Source of the DNA: Thermoplasmata archaeon
GTDB lineage: Archaea > Thermoplasmatota > E2 > UBA202 > DSCA01
DNA: 31,369 nucleotides
Reading direction: 5' to 3'
Assembly: GCA_008297795.1 (NCBI GenBank)
Contig: VBQP01000012.1
Location: 1 to 31,369, forward strand
Shown here: positions 8,510 to 17,775 of the stretch, piece by piece
How positions within the stretch are numbered: the stretch's first letter is position 1
How the letters are laid out: each line of letters starts with the position of its first letter
Notes under the pieces: generated by a model
Told to the model about the DNA's origin: nothing
The model's input: the letters and a program-made list of their open reading frames with translations, nothing else
Database searches by the model: none
Position numbers and translations under genes: made by a program

Positions 8510-10300
8510 ATGAAAGTGGTTCCCGATACCTCGGTAATAGTCGATGGAAGGATAACGGGGTTAATCAGAGCAGGCGAACTCGAAAATGCAGACGTACTAA
8601 TCCCGGAGGCTGTTGTTGCAGAACTTGAGCATCAGGCAAACGAAGGGTTTGAAAGCGGCATAAGCGGGCTGAACGAGATAGTCCAGTTGCAGAATTTTCA
8701 TAAAGAGGGTAAAATAAACCTTCGTTTCCTGGGCGAGCGCCCCTCCCCGGAGACGATATTCCATGCAGGCGAAATAGATGCAGTAATAAGAAAAGTATCT
8801 GAAGAAAGCCGCGCAGTGTTGTTCACATCAGACCGCCTGCAGGCTCATGTGGCTGAGGCGAAGGGGATAAAAGTTTATTACATCCGTCCCGAGCAGGAGG
8901 CGAAGGAACTGGAACTCAGAAAATTTTTTGATGAAGGTGTAATGAGTGTCCATCTGCGCGAGGGATGCGTTCCGTATGCCAAAAGAGGAAAGCCAGGAGA
9001 ATTTGAAATTGTGAAACTCGGGAGGAGAAGGCTGAAAGAGAAGGAAATGGAGGAAATGAGCAGGGAGGTAATAGAGGCAGCAAAAAGGGAAAAAAACAGT
9101 TTTATTGAGATTGAAAGGAAGGGCGTTACAGTTGTGCAACTGGGCTCAATGAGAATTGTTATCGCACGTCCTCCTTTCTCTGACAGATTCGAAATAACTG
9201 CAACCCAGCCGGTGGTTAAACTATCTCTCGAGGATTATGGACTTGATGAAGAAACAAAGGAAAGATTATCTGATTACAGGAGGGGCGTAATTGTTTCTGG
9301 TCCGCCCGGCTCCGGCAAGTCAACATTTGCCCAGGCAGTTGCAGAATATCTGAAGGAGAAAGGGGCTATTGTAAAAACAATGGAAAACCCCCGTGACCTT
9401 CAGGTCAGCGATGAAATCACCCAATATGCCCCCCTGGAAAACAGCATGGAACTTACATCTGACGTACTCCTTCTTGTGAGACCCGATTTCGTTGTTTACG
9501 ACGAGGTGAGAAAAAGTGAGGATTTCCGCATATTTGCAGACATGCGCCTTGCGGGGATAGGTCTCATAGGTGTCACTCATGCGAACCGTGCCATAGATGC
9601 CGTGCAGCGTTTGATAGGGAGAGTCGAACTGGGAATGATACCCCAGGTTTCTGATACGGTGATACATATAAAGGGCGGGAAAATAGAGCAGATACTGGAG
9701 TTGGAATTTACGGTCACACTGCCGTCGGGCATGGAGGACGCAGACCTCGCCCGCCCTGTCATAATGGTGAGGGATTTTCACACAAAAGAGCAACTTTATG
9801 AGATATACACCTACGGGGAGCAGGTTGTTGTTATGGCTGTTGAAGGAGAGAAGGCAAAAAATTCTCTGGAAAAACTTGCCGAAATGCAAATTCGCTCTAT
9901 AATAGAAAGGTATGTTGATGGCAGGGTTGAAGTTGAGATGAAATCCAGCAATTCTGCTGTTGTGTATGTCGAGGAGAGAAACATTTCCCGCATAATAGGA
10001 AAGGCAGGAAAGACAATTTCCAGAATAGAAGAAGAAGCAGGCATAAAATTAAATGTGCAACCTCTCTCTTCGCCGTCAGAAATAGTCCCCTCCATCTTCA
10101 AAAGAAAAAATTACCTTGTCATACAGGCAGGCAGGGCGTACAGCGGCAGGGAAGCGGACATTATTGTGGATGGTAAGGTGATTTTATCGGGGAGTCTTTC
10201 ACCTCAGGGAAGTATTAGAATAAGCAGGAAGAGCAAGCACGGAAAAGAGATAGTGAATGCCATAGCATCCAACAGTGAAATAGTGATGAAAGTGAGGTAA
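8510..10300 (+). CDS. pinA: PINc/VapC-family ATPase with KH domain (PINA)
   Basis: PIN domain (VPDTSVIVDG, ELEHQAN, TSD), Walker A GPPGSGKST, Walker B VVYDEVR, C-terminal KH (IIGKAGKTI). Start moved to ATG 8510. Confidence 0.92.
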   Translation: MKVVPDTSVIVDGRITGLIRAGELENADVLIPEAVVAELEHQANEGFESGISGLNEIVQLQNFHKEGKINLRFLGERPSPETIFHAGEIDAVIRKVSEESRAVLFTSDRLQAHVAEAKGIKVYYIRPEQEAKELELRKFFDEGVMSVHLREGCVPYAKRGKPGEFEIVKLGRRRLKEKEMEEMSREVIEAAKREKNSFIEIERKGVTVVQLGSMRIVIARPPFSDRFEITATQPVVKLSLEDYGLDEETKERLSDYRRGVIVSGPPGSGKSTFAQAVAEYLKEKGAIVKTMENPRDLQVSDEITQYAPLENSMELTSDVLLLVRPDFVVYDEVRKSEDFRIFADMRLAGIGLIGVTHANRAIDAVQRLIGRVELGMIPQVSDTVIHIKGGKIEQILELEFTVTLPSGMEDADLARPVIMVRDFHTKEQLYEIYTYGEQVVVMAVEGEKAKNSLEKLAEMQIRSIIERYVDGRVEVEMKSSNSAVVYVEERNISRIIGKAGKTISRIEEEAGIKLNVQPLSSPSEIVPSIFKRKNYLVIQAGRAYSGREADIIVDGKVILSGSLSPQGSIRISRKSKHGKEIVNAIASNSEIVMKVR

Positions 10301-10303
10301 AAT

Positions 10304-10705
10304 ATGCCGGATGTTGTGACCTGTGTGCTTTTGCATGATGGAAAAATCCTTCTCCTGAAGAGAAGCGATAAAGTTGGTACCTACAGAGGAAAGTGGGCAT
10401 GTGTTTCAGGATATGTGGAGGAAGGAGATAAAATAGAGGACAGGGCTTTCAGAGAAATAGAGGAGGAGACAGGATTATCAAGGGATAATTTAAAACTGGA
10501 AAAGACGGGGCAACCTGTTGGGTTTTTTGATGAGGCAGAGAAGAAGTCGTGGAGGGTGCATCCCTTCCTTTTCACTTCTGATACTGGCGATGTGAAAATA
10601 GACTGGGAGCATATCGAATATAGGTGGATAGAACCCTCTGAAATAGGAAATTACGATACGGTCCCGAAGCTGAAGGAAGTTGTGAAATCGCTCATATCTC
10701 GATAA
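10304..10705 (+). CDS. NUDIX hydrolase
   Basis: Nudix box SGYVEEGDKIEDRAFREIEEETGL; 3 nt after the PINA stop. Confidence 0.92.
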   Translation: MPDVVTCVLLHDGKILLLKRSDKVGTYRGKWACVSGYVEEGDKIEDRAFREIEEETGLSRDNLKLEKTGQPVGFFDEAEKKSWRVHPFLFTSDTGDVKIDWEHIEYRWIEPSEIGNYDTVPKLKEVVKSLISR

Positions 10706-11267
10706 TTTTTATTTCGACTACCTGTTTTACCCACAATCTGGAAGAGGTTATTTTTCCATCATCGACATAGGCAATTCTGAGGGGACCATCATCAAAATTG
10801 TATTCTCCGTCCTCGGCATAAGCAAGAAGCATTGTCACGCCGCCTGCACCGCTTTCATTTCCGCTGGTATCGTAAGTCGTAACGTTGCCAAGAATTTCAT
10901 CCATTGTATAATTTACCGAGTAGTTGTCTGAGGCTATTACCTGTATTTCATACTCCCCGGGAAGATTAAACTCGTCGAGAAACTTTATCATCCTCACTCC
11001 TGTGTAACTTTTAACGCCTTTGATGTCCCCATGTGAGGTTTTATACCCGCCTGTTCCTGTAAATTCATCAATTTTTTTCAAATCGGAAAGAGTGTAGTTA
11101 TATCGCTCGTCGCCATAATACACTGTGAGAAGCACTTCTCCTCCAGTTTCTTTTCCTGAATTGCCCGAATGATTGCTGTATAGATTGTAATATGCAAAAA
11201 CCCCTACCGCGACAAGAATTGCCACCACAAATATTCCCCCCACTATCTTATCCATATTTTTCGCCAT
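10692..11267 (-). CDS. Membrane-anchored extracellular protein with oxidoreductase molybdopterin-binding-like fold
   Basis: N-terminal TM helix; YTLSDL...YTGVRM...ASDNYS...GPLRIAY...WVKQVVEI pattern of the sulfite-oxidase-like domain; no Cys; several N-x-S/T sequons. Confidence 0.65.
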   Translation of the reverse strand: MAKNMDKIVGGIFVVAILVAVGVFAYYNLYSNHSGNSGKETGGEVLLTVYYGDERYNYTLSDLKKIDEFTGTGGYKTSHGDIKGVKSYTGVRMIKFLDEFNLPGEYEIQVIASDNYSVNYTMDEILGNVTTYDTSGNESGAGGVTMLLAYAEDGEYNFDDGPLRIAYVDDGKITSSRLWVKQVVEIKIIEI

Positions 11268-11314
11268 ATATCCGAAATCCTGGTTTATATATAAGTTTTA
11301 TAGTGCTGCATCTG

Positions 11315-11350
11315 TTGTTCTCTCAGAACAATTTTGTCAACCGTTTACAA
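11315..11350. promoter_or_regulatory. Two tandem 17-bp palindromic operators (TTGT-N9-ACAA) between divergent promoters
   Basis: TTGTTCT-CTC-AGAACAA (11315-11331, perfect 7-3-7) and TTGTCAA-CCG-TTTACAA (11334-11350), flanked by TATA-like boxes at about 11284-11293 and 11351-11377. Confidence 0.6.
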
Positions 11351-11398
11351 TATATATAACTTCGAATATTATAAATACCAGAACACAATATTGAACAC

Positions 11399-12220
11399 AT
11401 GGGGAGGAAAGGTTATTCCATATATGAGGACACAGGCGACCTTCTCAAATTCATAACCTCCTCGGGTGTGAGGATTAAGATGATGATAGGTCTGATGGAA
11501 GGATGCAAAACCTCGGGGCAGTTACGCGATGAGATAGGAGTTAGTTCATCGACTGTCATACACGCTGCAAGAGACCTTGAAAAAGAAGGGCTGCTTGTGG
11601 AAAAAGAGGACGGATATCATCTTACATCTGTTGGAAGCGTTATATCCTCAAAAATATACGAATTGATAAGGACAATGGCAACCCTGGAGAAGCACAGAGA
11701 TTTCTGGCTCAGTCATGATGTGGAAGGAATACCTGAAAAATTTCTTGACAGAATAGGTGAGATAGAAGATTATGAAATACTGACCTCAAGTGTCAAGGAT
11801 ATATTCAAGACACTAACTGTGTATGTTGAATTTACAAAGAAAGCAAAGAGATTCTACGGTGTTTCCCCCATATTTGTGGATGCGTTTGTGTCACTGGTGA
11901 AAAAACTGATTAAAAACGAAGCAGAGGTTGAACTGGTGCTCACAAGGGATGTTGTTAAGGAACTTGTGAAGAAAGATAAGAAAGGATTTAAGGAAATACT
12001 TTCAAATAATAAAATATCCATCTGGCAAATTAATGAGGATGTGAGGGTGGCTTTTACAGTCACAGATTCCATATTCTCATTGGGGCTATTCGGACTGGAT
12101 GGAATATATGATCCGTCTCACGATTTGGTGAGTAGAGATAAAGGGGCGATAAATTGGGGTAGAGAGCTATTTGAATACTACAAGAGTCGGGCAAAAAAAC
12201 TGGAATTGGAGAACATCTGA
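11399..12220 (+). CDS. Winged-HTH transcriptional regulator (ArsR-like HTH plus DUF1724/COG4742-type effector domain)
   Basis: SSGVRIKMMIGL...LRDEIGVSSSTVIHAARDLEKEGLL...YHLTSVG; FWLSHDVEGIPEKFLDRIGEI; AFTVTD...SLGLF...AINWGRELFEYY. Confidence 0.88.
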   Translation: MGRKGYSIYEDTGDLLKFITSSGVRIKMMIGLMEGCKTSGQLRDEIGVSSSTVIHAARDLEKEGLLVEKEDGYHLTSVGSVISSKIYELIRTMATLEKHRDFWLSHDVEGIPEKFLDRIGEIEDYEILTSSVKDIFKTLTVYVEFTKKAKRFYGVSPIFVDAFVSLVKKLIKNEAEVELVLTRDVVKELVKKDKKGFKEILSNNKISIWQINEDVRVAFTVTDSIFSLGLFGLDGIYDPSHDLVSRDKGAINWGRELFEYYKSRAKKLELENI

Positions 12221-13067
12221 ATTAATTGCTGCTCGACTCAGGGCGTTAATCTCGCTGCTGTTATTTTCACCTATAAACGTAGCTTTAAGTGGATTCTCCG
12301 TTGCTTACATTTCCTTCCTCCTTTCCGGTGTTAACCCAAATGCCTGCCTGATAAGCGCTTTTCTGATCACTTTCAGCGTCTATAATCTCAATCTCCTTAC
12401 AGATAAAAAAGAAGATTCTCTGAACTTCCCGGAGAGGGAGAAATATTATATCAGCGAGGACAAGAAGTTAATCTTCATATCCATTTCCTTTTACACCCTG
12501 GCTTTGTTTATTGGTGGCTTTGTAAACCCGTTAAGCATATTCGCTCTCTCGATTCCTCTTCTCCTTGGCATATTCTACAGTGTAAGGATAAATGGTTTCA
12601 GGTTCAAGGACTATTTCATAGGGAAGAATGCAACTGTATCTCTATCATGGGCTATGGAAGCATCGCTTCTGCCTGCGGCGTTTTCCTTCAATAGTTCTGT
12701 TATAGCAATGATTTTCCTGTTCATTTTCATAAAGGGAATGATAAACACAATACTGTTTGATATCAGAGACGTGGAGGGGGATATAAGGGCCGGGGTGCGT
12801 ACCATACCATCCATACTGGGGGTAAAAAACACAAGAAATCTGCTTTTTGCAATGAACACATTGCTGATAACATGGGTGCTATTTGCTTTTTACAATTCAA
12901 TGTTTATTCTTTACATACCTGTTTTTGTTTTCTGTATAATTTACGGTTACTTTTACATAATTTATTTCTCAAGGAAGAGGGAGATACCGAGAACTCACTA
13001 TGGGGTATTCATAGATGGCGAGTGGATATTCCTTCTCATGCTGTTTTTGCTCACTGGATTTTTTTAG
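12171..13067 (+). CDS. UbiA-family prenyltransferase
   Basis: Two Asp-rich motifs (YNLNLLTDKKEDSLN; FDIRDVEGDIRAGVRTIP), multi-TM. Start uncertain: the only canonical in-frame start is TTG 12171, which overlaps the upstream gene by 50 nt. Confidence 0.85.
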   Translation: MNTTRVGQKNWNWRTSELIAARLRALISLLLFSPINVALSGFSVAYISFLLSGVNPNACLISAFLITFSVYNLNLLTDKKEDSLNFPEREKYYISEDKKLIFISISFYTLALFIGGFVNPLSIFALSIPLLLGIFYSVRINGFRFKDYFIGKNATVSLSWAMEASLLPAAFSFNSSVIAMIFLFIFIKGMINTILFDIRDVEGDIRAGVRTIPSILGVKNTRNLLFAMNTLLITWVLFAFYNSMFILYIPVFVFCIIYGYFYIIYFSRKREIPRTHYGVFIDGEWIFLLMLFLLTGFF

Positions 13068-13107
13068 TCCAAAACAATAAAATATGGTGATGCATTCCCC
13101 TATTTAT

Positions 13108-13213
13108 GGCCCGGGTGGTGTAGCGGTAACATAAGGGACTGTGGATCCCTTGTCTCGGGTTCAAAAGAGAATATGCAGGGAGTTGCATTCTCATGAAAAT
13201 CCCGGCCCGGGCC
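13108..13213 (+). tRNA. tRNA-His(GUG) with genomically encoded G-1 and a 34-nt intron at 59/60 (13166-13199)
   Basis: G-1 + GCCCGGG / CCCGGGC + C73; anticodon stem AGGGA/TCCCT with GTG at 13141-13143. The T-loop is interrupted; removing 13166-13199 restores TTCAAAT. Confidence 0.92.
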
Positions 13214-13461
13214 CTCCATCATTTTTCACTCTAAAAATTTCAAAAGGGGCGGGGGGAGAGGCGGCATTTAAACCACCTGGAGTAGAGAGCTAATCTTGTC
13301 CTCCCCCCAGTTTGCTATCTTTTTGCTATCATAATGATAATATTCTGGCAATATATAAAACTATCGATTTTTTTCTGTATTCTCATTCACTTTTCAGATA
13401 GCATTCTCATCAAAAAAAATATAAAGTTTATTATATCATTTAAGCAATATTTACACACAAA

Positions 13462-15543
13462 ATGACCGATTTCATATATCTCGTGCCATCACTGGTGGCT
13501 GCAATATCACTTCCATCAGTTGCTTTTTATTTACTTACAAAAAAACCGAGGAGGATTTATGTTACAGTACTCTCCGCATTCTGCCTCGATCTGTTTTTGT
13601 GGAATATAAGTATTGCCCTGATAAATATACTTGGCGTGGAGAATCCCTATTCGGTAGTAATAGCAAAAATAGGTTCGGCAGGACTCATACTCGTTGCACC
13701 CATCATATTTCATTTTATAGTGGCATATACTGGATATATAAAGACCAAATTGTGGTACCCTCTCGTGTACGGTCCTGCATTTTTCCTCCTTCTCTCATTA
13801 TTCACAGATTATTATGTCAAAGGAGTTACCGTCAAGGGCTTCGGAGTAGAACCTGTCTATGGTCCACTTCTGCAGGCAAATGATTTGATTGCACTGATAA
13901 TCATAATATTTTCCACTCTTCTCATATTCAGATATTATAGAGAAAGTGCCGGCATAAAAAAATATCAGAGTTTGTATGTTTTTATTGCAGTGCCACTCTC
14001 CAGCATTCTTTCCTTTATAAGTTACGAGATTCTGAGTGTTTCCATGAACACGTCGCAGTTTCCCGTTGGCTCGAGCATAGATGTGGGAGTGGCTTATATT
14101 CTTGTGTACGCAATATTGAAATTCAAATTGCCGGTCGAGACGGCTGCAGAGGTGGACTTCCGCATTCTTGCAGAAACAGCGAGCGAGGGAATCTGCATCA
14201 TCGATAATTCGGGCAATATAGATTATGCCAATTCTCACTTCTCTGAAATGGTGGGTGTACCAAATAAAAATATTGTGGGCGAGGAGTTCAGGAAATTCGT
14301 GCCCCGCGAATATCATGCCGAACTCAGAAAAACCATCCGCAGAACGATGAAGGGGGAAAAGTTAGCCAATGTGGATATGGAACTGAAAGGCAGGGGGGGA
14401 AACCTGAGTGTTGAGATAAATACGTCTCCAATTATAGTGAATGATAAAATCATAGGGGCTTTTGTGACCATAAGGGACGTTACCGAAAGGAAGAAAACGC
14501 AGGAGGAGTTGAACAGACAGAAAGTGTATTTCCAGGCACTTTTTGAAAGTTCACCTGAAGCAATTGTCTCTCTCGATAAAAACCATAATGTTCTCGATAT
14601 TAATTCTTCATTTATAAAATTATTCGGATACACTCTCGATGAGGTTAAAGGCAAAAACATAGATGATTTCATACTGCCTCCCGAAAAAGAAAAGGAAGGA
14701 AGAGATATAACAAAAAAAGTCATAAGCGGAAATACGTTTGCCACCGAAACTGTCAGAAGGAGGAAGGATGGTTCTCTCGTTCCTGTTTCCCTGCTTGGCG
14801 CGCCGATATTCGTGAACGGCGAACAGGTTGGAATTTTTGGCATTTACCGCGATATCACCTCGCAGAAGGAGGCGGAGGAGGAGAAGGAATTTTACAACTC
14901 TCTTCTGCGCCATGATGTTGCCAACAGAAACATGGTCGTTCAGGGTAATCTCGAAATTCTTGAGAGTTCTAATCTTGAGGAGGAACAGAAAAATCTTGTT
15001 TCCAATGCGCTGAATGCTGCAAAGGCAAGTACGGACCTCATTAACAAAATAAGGGAGTTGAGGGCCGTGGAGGGAGATGAAGCACAACTCAAACCTGTGG
15101 CTGTGGACGAAAGCATATCGAGGGCAATAAAAACAAACATGCAGCAGGCAGAAAATTTCGGCGTTAAAATAAATTATAGGAAAAGTGGTGCAGTAATCAG
15201 GGCTGGCTCTCTGGTGGACAACATATTTTCAAATCTGATACAGAACGCGATTATACACTCAAATTGTAAAAATATAAACATATATTGCGACAGAGAAAGA
15301 AAATACGGAAAGGAATTCTGTAAATTGTCGATAGAGGATGACGGCAAAGGAATACCTGACGAGTTGAAAAATGATATATTCAAACCAGGCATAAAAAGAA
15401 GGGGAAGCCCCGGAAGCGGTCTCGGTCTCTATCTTGTTAAAAAACTCGTTGAGAAATACGGGGGATGGATGGAAATACGGGACAGAATAGAAAACGGCGA
15501 GAAAAAAGGCACCATATTCAATATCTATCTGGAGATGGCTTGA
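13462..15543 (+). CDS. Membrane sensor histidine kinase (7TM N-terminus, two PAS domains, HisKA, HATPase)
   Basis: About 7 TM segments; two PAS repeats (ETASEGICIID..., FESSPEAIVSLD...); H-box LLRHDVAN; N-box NLIQNAIIHS; G1 DDGKGIP; G2 GSGLGLYLV. Confidence 0.93.
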   Translation: MTDFIYLVPSLVAAISLPSVAFYLLTKKPRRIYVTVLSAFCLDLFLWNISIALINILGVENPYSVVIAKIGSAGLILVAPIIFHFIVAYTGYIKTKLWYPLVYGPAFFLLLSLFTDYYVKGVTVKGFGVEPVYGPLLQANDLIALIIIIFSTLLIFRYYRESAGIKKYQSLYVFIAVPLSSILSFISYEILSVSMNTSQFPVGSSIDVGVAYILVYAILKFKLPVETAAEVDFRILAETASEGICIIDNSGNIDYANSHFSEMVGVPNKNIVGEEFRKFVPREYHAELRKTIRRTMKGEKLANVDMELKGRGGNLSVEINTSPIIVNDKIIGAFVTIRDVTERKKTQEELNRQKVYFQALFESSPEAIVSLDKNHNVLDINSSFIKLFGYTLDEVKGKNIDDFILPPEKEKEGRDITKKVISGNTFATETVRRRKDGSLVPVSLLGAPIFVNGEQVGIFGIYRDITSQKEAEEEKEFYNSLLRHDVANRNMVVQGNLEILESSNLEEEQKNLVSNALNAAKASTDLINKIRELRAVEGDEAQLKPVAVDESISRAIKTNMQQAENFGVKINYRKSGAVIRAGSLVDNIFSNLIQNAIIHSNCKNINIYCDRERKYGKEFCKLSIEDDGKGIPDELKNDIFKPGIKRRGSPGSGLGLYLVKKLVEKYGGWMEIRDRIENGEKKGTIFNIYLEMA

Positions 15544-16831
15544 ACCTTTTCAGGGGTTTGGATAGATGCCTTCTTGCCACAACGTCCACCTCATAAAATC
15601 CTGGCTTTATGCCCCTCTCCACCTTCTCAAAGGTCGCATCCTCCTCTTTTGCAGTTGTACCGCATTTTATGCATCTGTAACCCTTCCCCTTTCCAACTGA
15701 TTTCATATGTTTGCCGCATTTCGTGCATATGGGATTTTCCTTCTTTTTATAAACTTCTGCGAGAGAATGTATTTCTATCTTTTCTATGTTAATCGTGCGG
15801 GGTTTATCTCTAACGCCGCCATATACTGTCACTCTGTCCCCTTTTCGAAGTCTTCTCACCAGGTTTCTGAAGCTCTTGGTCGGCTCATAGGCAGCACATT
15901 CTATCTCATTTCCATCGCAAAGAGAGAAAATGACATGCCCTCCCTCTATCGTCCTTGGTTCTCTGCATACCTCACCTGTAACAATCACAGATTCATATGC
16001 CACCACTTCCCCTATTTTCCTTCTATTGAGGTGTTCATCTGTTGCCTGGTTTGTTTCGAAAATCATCCATCTTTTTATTTTTCCTGAAACAACGTATTCC
16101 ATAGCTTCTCTCAATTCTTGGTAATCATCTCCTCTTATACCATACATCACCGGGCAGGGAGAATTTGGCATTATCTGGACATGGCGGTTTATGTAATCAT
16201 AATTATCAAATGTTTTTTTGAATTTTCTATCCATTCTCTTGACAGATTCTTCATCAACCCACCTCTCCCCACCATTACGGTAAGTTATTATCTCATATGT
16301 TCTGTCGCGGGGGCGCCATGATACTGCTGCCGAGGCTCCTATCAGTCCCCTCCCATTTTTGTACGGTATGTATAGCGCACCCATTTCATCAAGAACGTTC
16401 TTGATATCATTTATCTCCACAACGCTCCTCACTGCCTTTCTGTATAGCGAATAAGGGGGCTTTTTTTCTATGACAACAAGCCCGGGGTTTGTCTGCTCGC
16501 TTTCCATCATTGCCCTTTTTCGCACAATTTTATCAATTCTTTCAAGCACTTTTTCAGGTTCTGTCTTGCCGTCAGATATCTTTTTCTCATAGCAATATCT
16601 TTTTCCTTCAACATATCCAATCTCCGTCCTCCGCCCTCCCCCCCTGCCAAACTGGATTGCAATCGCCCCGTTTCCTCTTGTTTTCCACGGGATGTTTGGG
16701 TTGAGGCGGACAAGGCGCGGCATGCCTATTATGTCCATTCCGTCTTCATTCAGGGCTTTTATTATATCGCATGCAAGATGCGTGGTGCACATGCCTTCTC
16801 TCGAGTCGGTATCGTCTATTCCAAGCCACAC
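15518..16831 (-). CDS. tiaS: tRNA(Ile2) 2-agmatinylcytidine synthase
   Basis: GIDDTDSREGMCTT, LVRLNPNIPWKTRGNGA, HGRGLIG-like NGRGLIGASAA, TNQATDEHL, OB fold (CAAYEPT), C-terminal Zn ribbon CTKC..CIKC and RHLSKPL. Confidence 0.96.
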   Translation of the reverse strand: MWLGIDDTDSREGMCTTHLACDIIKALNEDGMDIIGMPRLVRLNPNIPWKTRGNGAIAIQFGRGGGRRTEIGYVEGKRYCYEKKISDGKTEPEKVLERIDKIVRKRAMMESEQTNPGLVVIEKKPPYSLYRKAVRSVVEINDIKNVLDEMGALYIPYKNGRGLIGASAAVSWRPRDRTYEIITYRNGGERWVDEESVKRMDRKFKKTFDNYDYINRHVQIMPNSPCPVMYGIRGDDYQELREAMEYVVSGKIKRWMIFETNQATDEHLNRRKIGEVVAYESVIVTGEVCREPRTIEGGHVIFSLCDGNEIECAAYEPTKSFRNLVRRLRKGDRVTVYGGVRDKPRTINIEKIEIHSLAEVYKKKENPICTKCGKHMKSVGKGKGYRCIKCGTTAKEEDATFEKVERGIKPGFYEVDVVARRHLSKPLKRFKPSPDRY

Positions 16832-16866
16832 AAATTTTTTATATGTGAAAGTAGTATTTTAGTTTG

Positions 16867-17775
16867 ATGAAAAAGGAGCTGCTGGCAGACACGAGAGAGC
16901 TGTTAGCACGTGCAGGATTCTATGTATCGGACATATGCAACATACGCCCTTCGAGTTTCGACTTTGTCGCAAGGAGAGATGACACTCTGCTTGTTGTAAA
17001 AGTACTGAATAACATAGATGCCCTCAGCGAGGAGGTTGCAAATGAACTCCTCCTTCTTGCAAAGCATCTTGATGCCATTCCATTGCTCATAGGCAACAGA
17101 ACAAGTTCGGGTCCTCTTGAGGACGAGACCCTTTATTACAGGTACAGGGTGCCAATAATAACCTATGGGACACTCAATGATTATCTCCACGGAATAATGC
17201 CAATTGTGACTGCAGCTCCTGGAGGATTTTATGCCAGCATGGATGGAGAAAGGATAAGGCAAATAAGGGAGGAGAAAGGTATCTCTATAGGGCAACTTGC
17301 AAGGGCTGCAGGTGTCTCAAGAAGGACAATAAGGATGTATGAGCAGGGGGAGAGGGCGACGGTGGAGGTTGCAGAAAAAATAGGTTCGTTCCTCGGAGAA
17401 GACATACTCAAACCGATTGATATGAAGGAATTCATAGAGAGTTATGAATTCGAGATAGAGAGGAGAATACACGACGATATGCTTTCCATGGTTGAGTCTC
17501 TTGGTGCATCCATTCTGCCAACCCTGCGTTCCCCTTTCAATGCAATATCTGAACTTCTGGACGATTTGCTTCTTGTGGGGACAAATAAGAGAAGGATTGC
17601 AGAGAGGGCAAGGATAATGTCAAACATATCAAGGGTGATGGAGCGGCATTCTGTATTTTTCATAGAGGCATCATCTAAAAAGAATATAGAAGGCATACCT
17701 GTTATAGATAAAAAGGAACTTTCAAGAATAGACGAGCCGCTCGGGCTGCTTGACCTCATCAGGGAGAGAGAGTGA
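16867..17775 (+). CDS. Archaeal HTH transcriptional regulator (COG1395-type, Cro/C1 HTH)
   Basis: SSFDFVARR..LVVKVLNNIDAL; central HTH RQIREEKGISIGQLARAAGVSRRTIRMYE; divergent from tiaS. Confidence 0.88.
   Translation: MKKELLADTRELLARAGFYVSDICNIRPSSFDFVARRDDTLLVVKVLNNIDALSEEVANELLLLAKHLDAIPLLIGNRTSSGPLEDETLYYRYRVPIITYGTLNDYLHGIMPIVTAAPGGFYASMDGERIRQIREEKGISIGQLARAAGVSRRTIRMYEQGERATVEVAEKIGSFLGEDILKPIDMKEFIESYEFEIERRIHDDMLSMVESLGASILPTLRSPFNAISELLDDLLLVGTNKRRIAERARIMSNISRVMERHSVFFIEASSKKNIEGIPVIDKKELSRIDEPLGLLDLIRERE

Noticed and set aside
13086-13100. GGTGATGCATTCCCC resembling the 5' end of a fluoride riboswitch
   Set aside because: The remaining conserved elements are absent and it precedes a tRNA.
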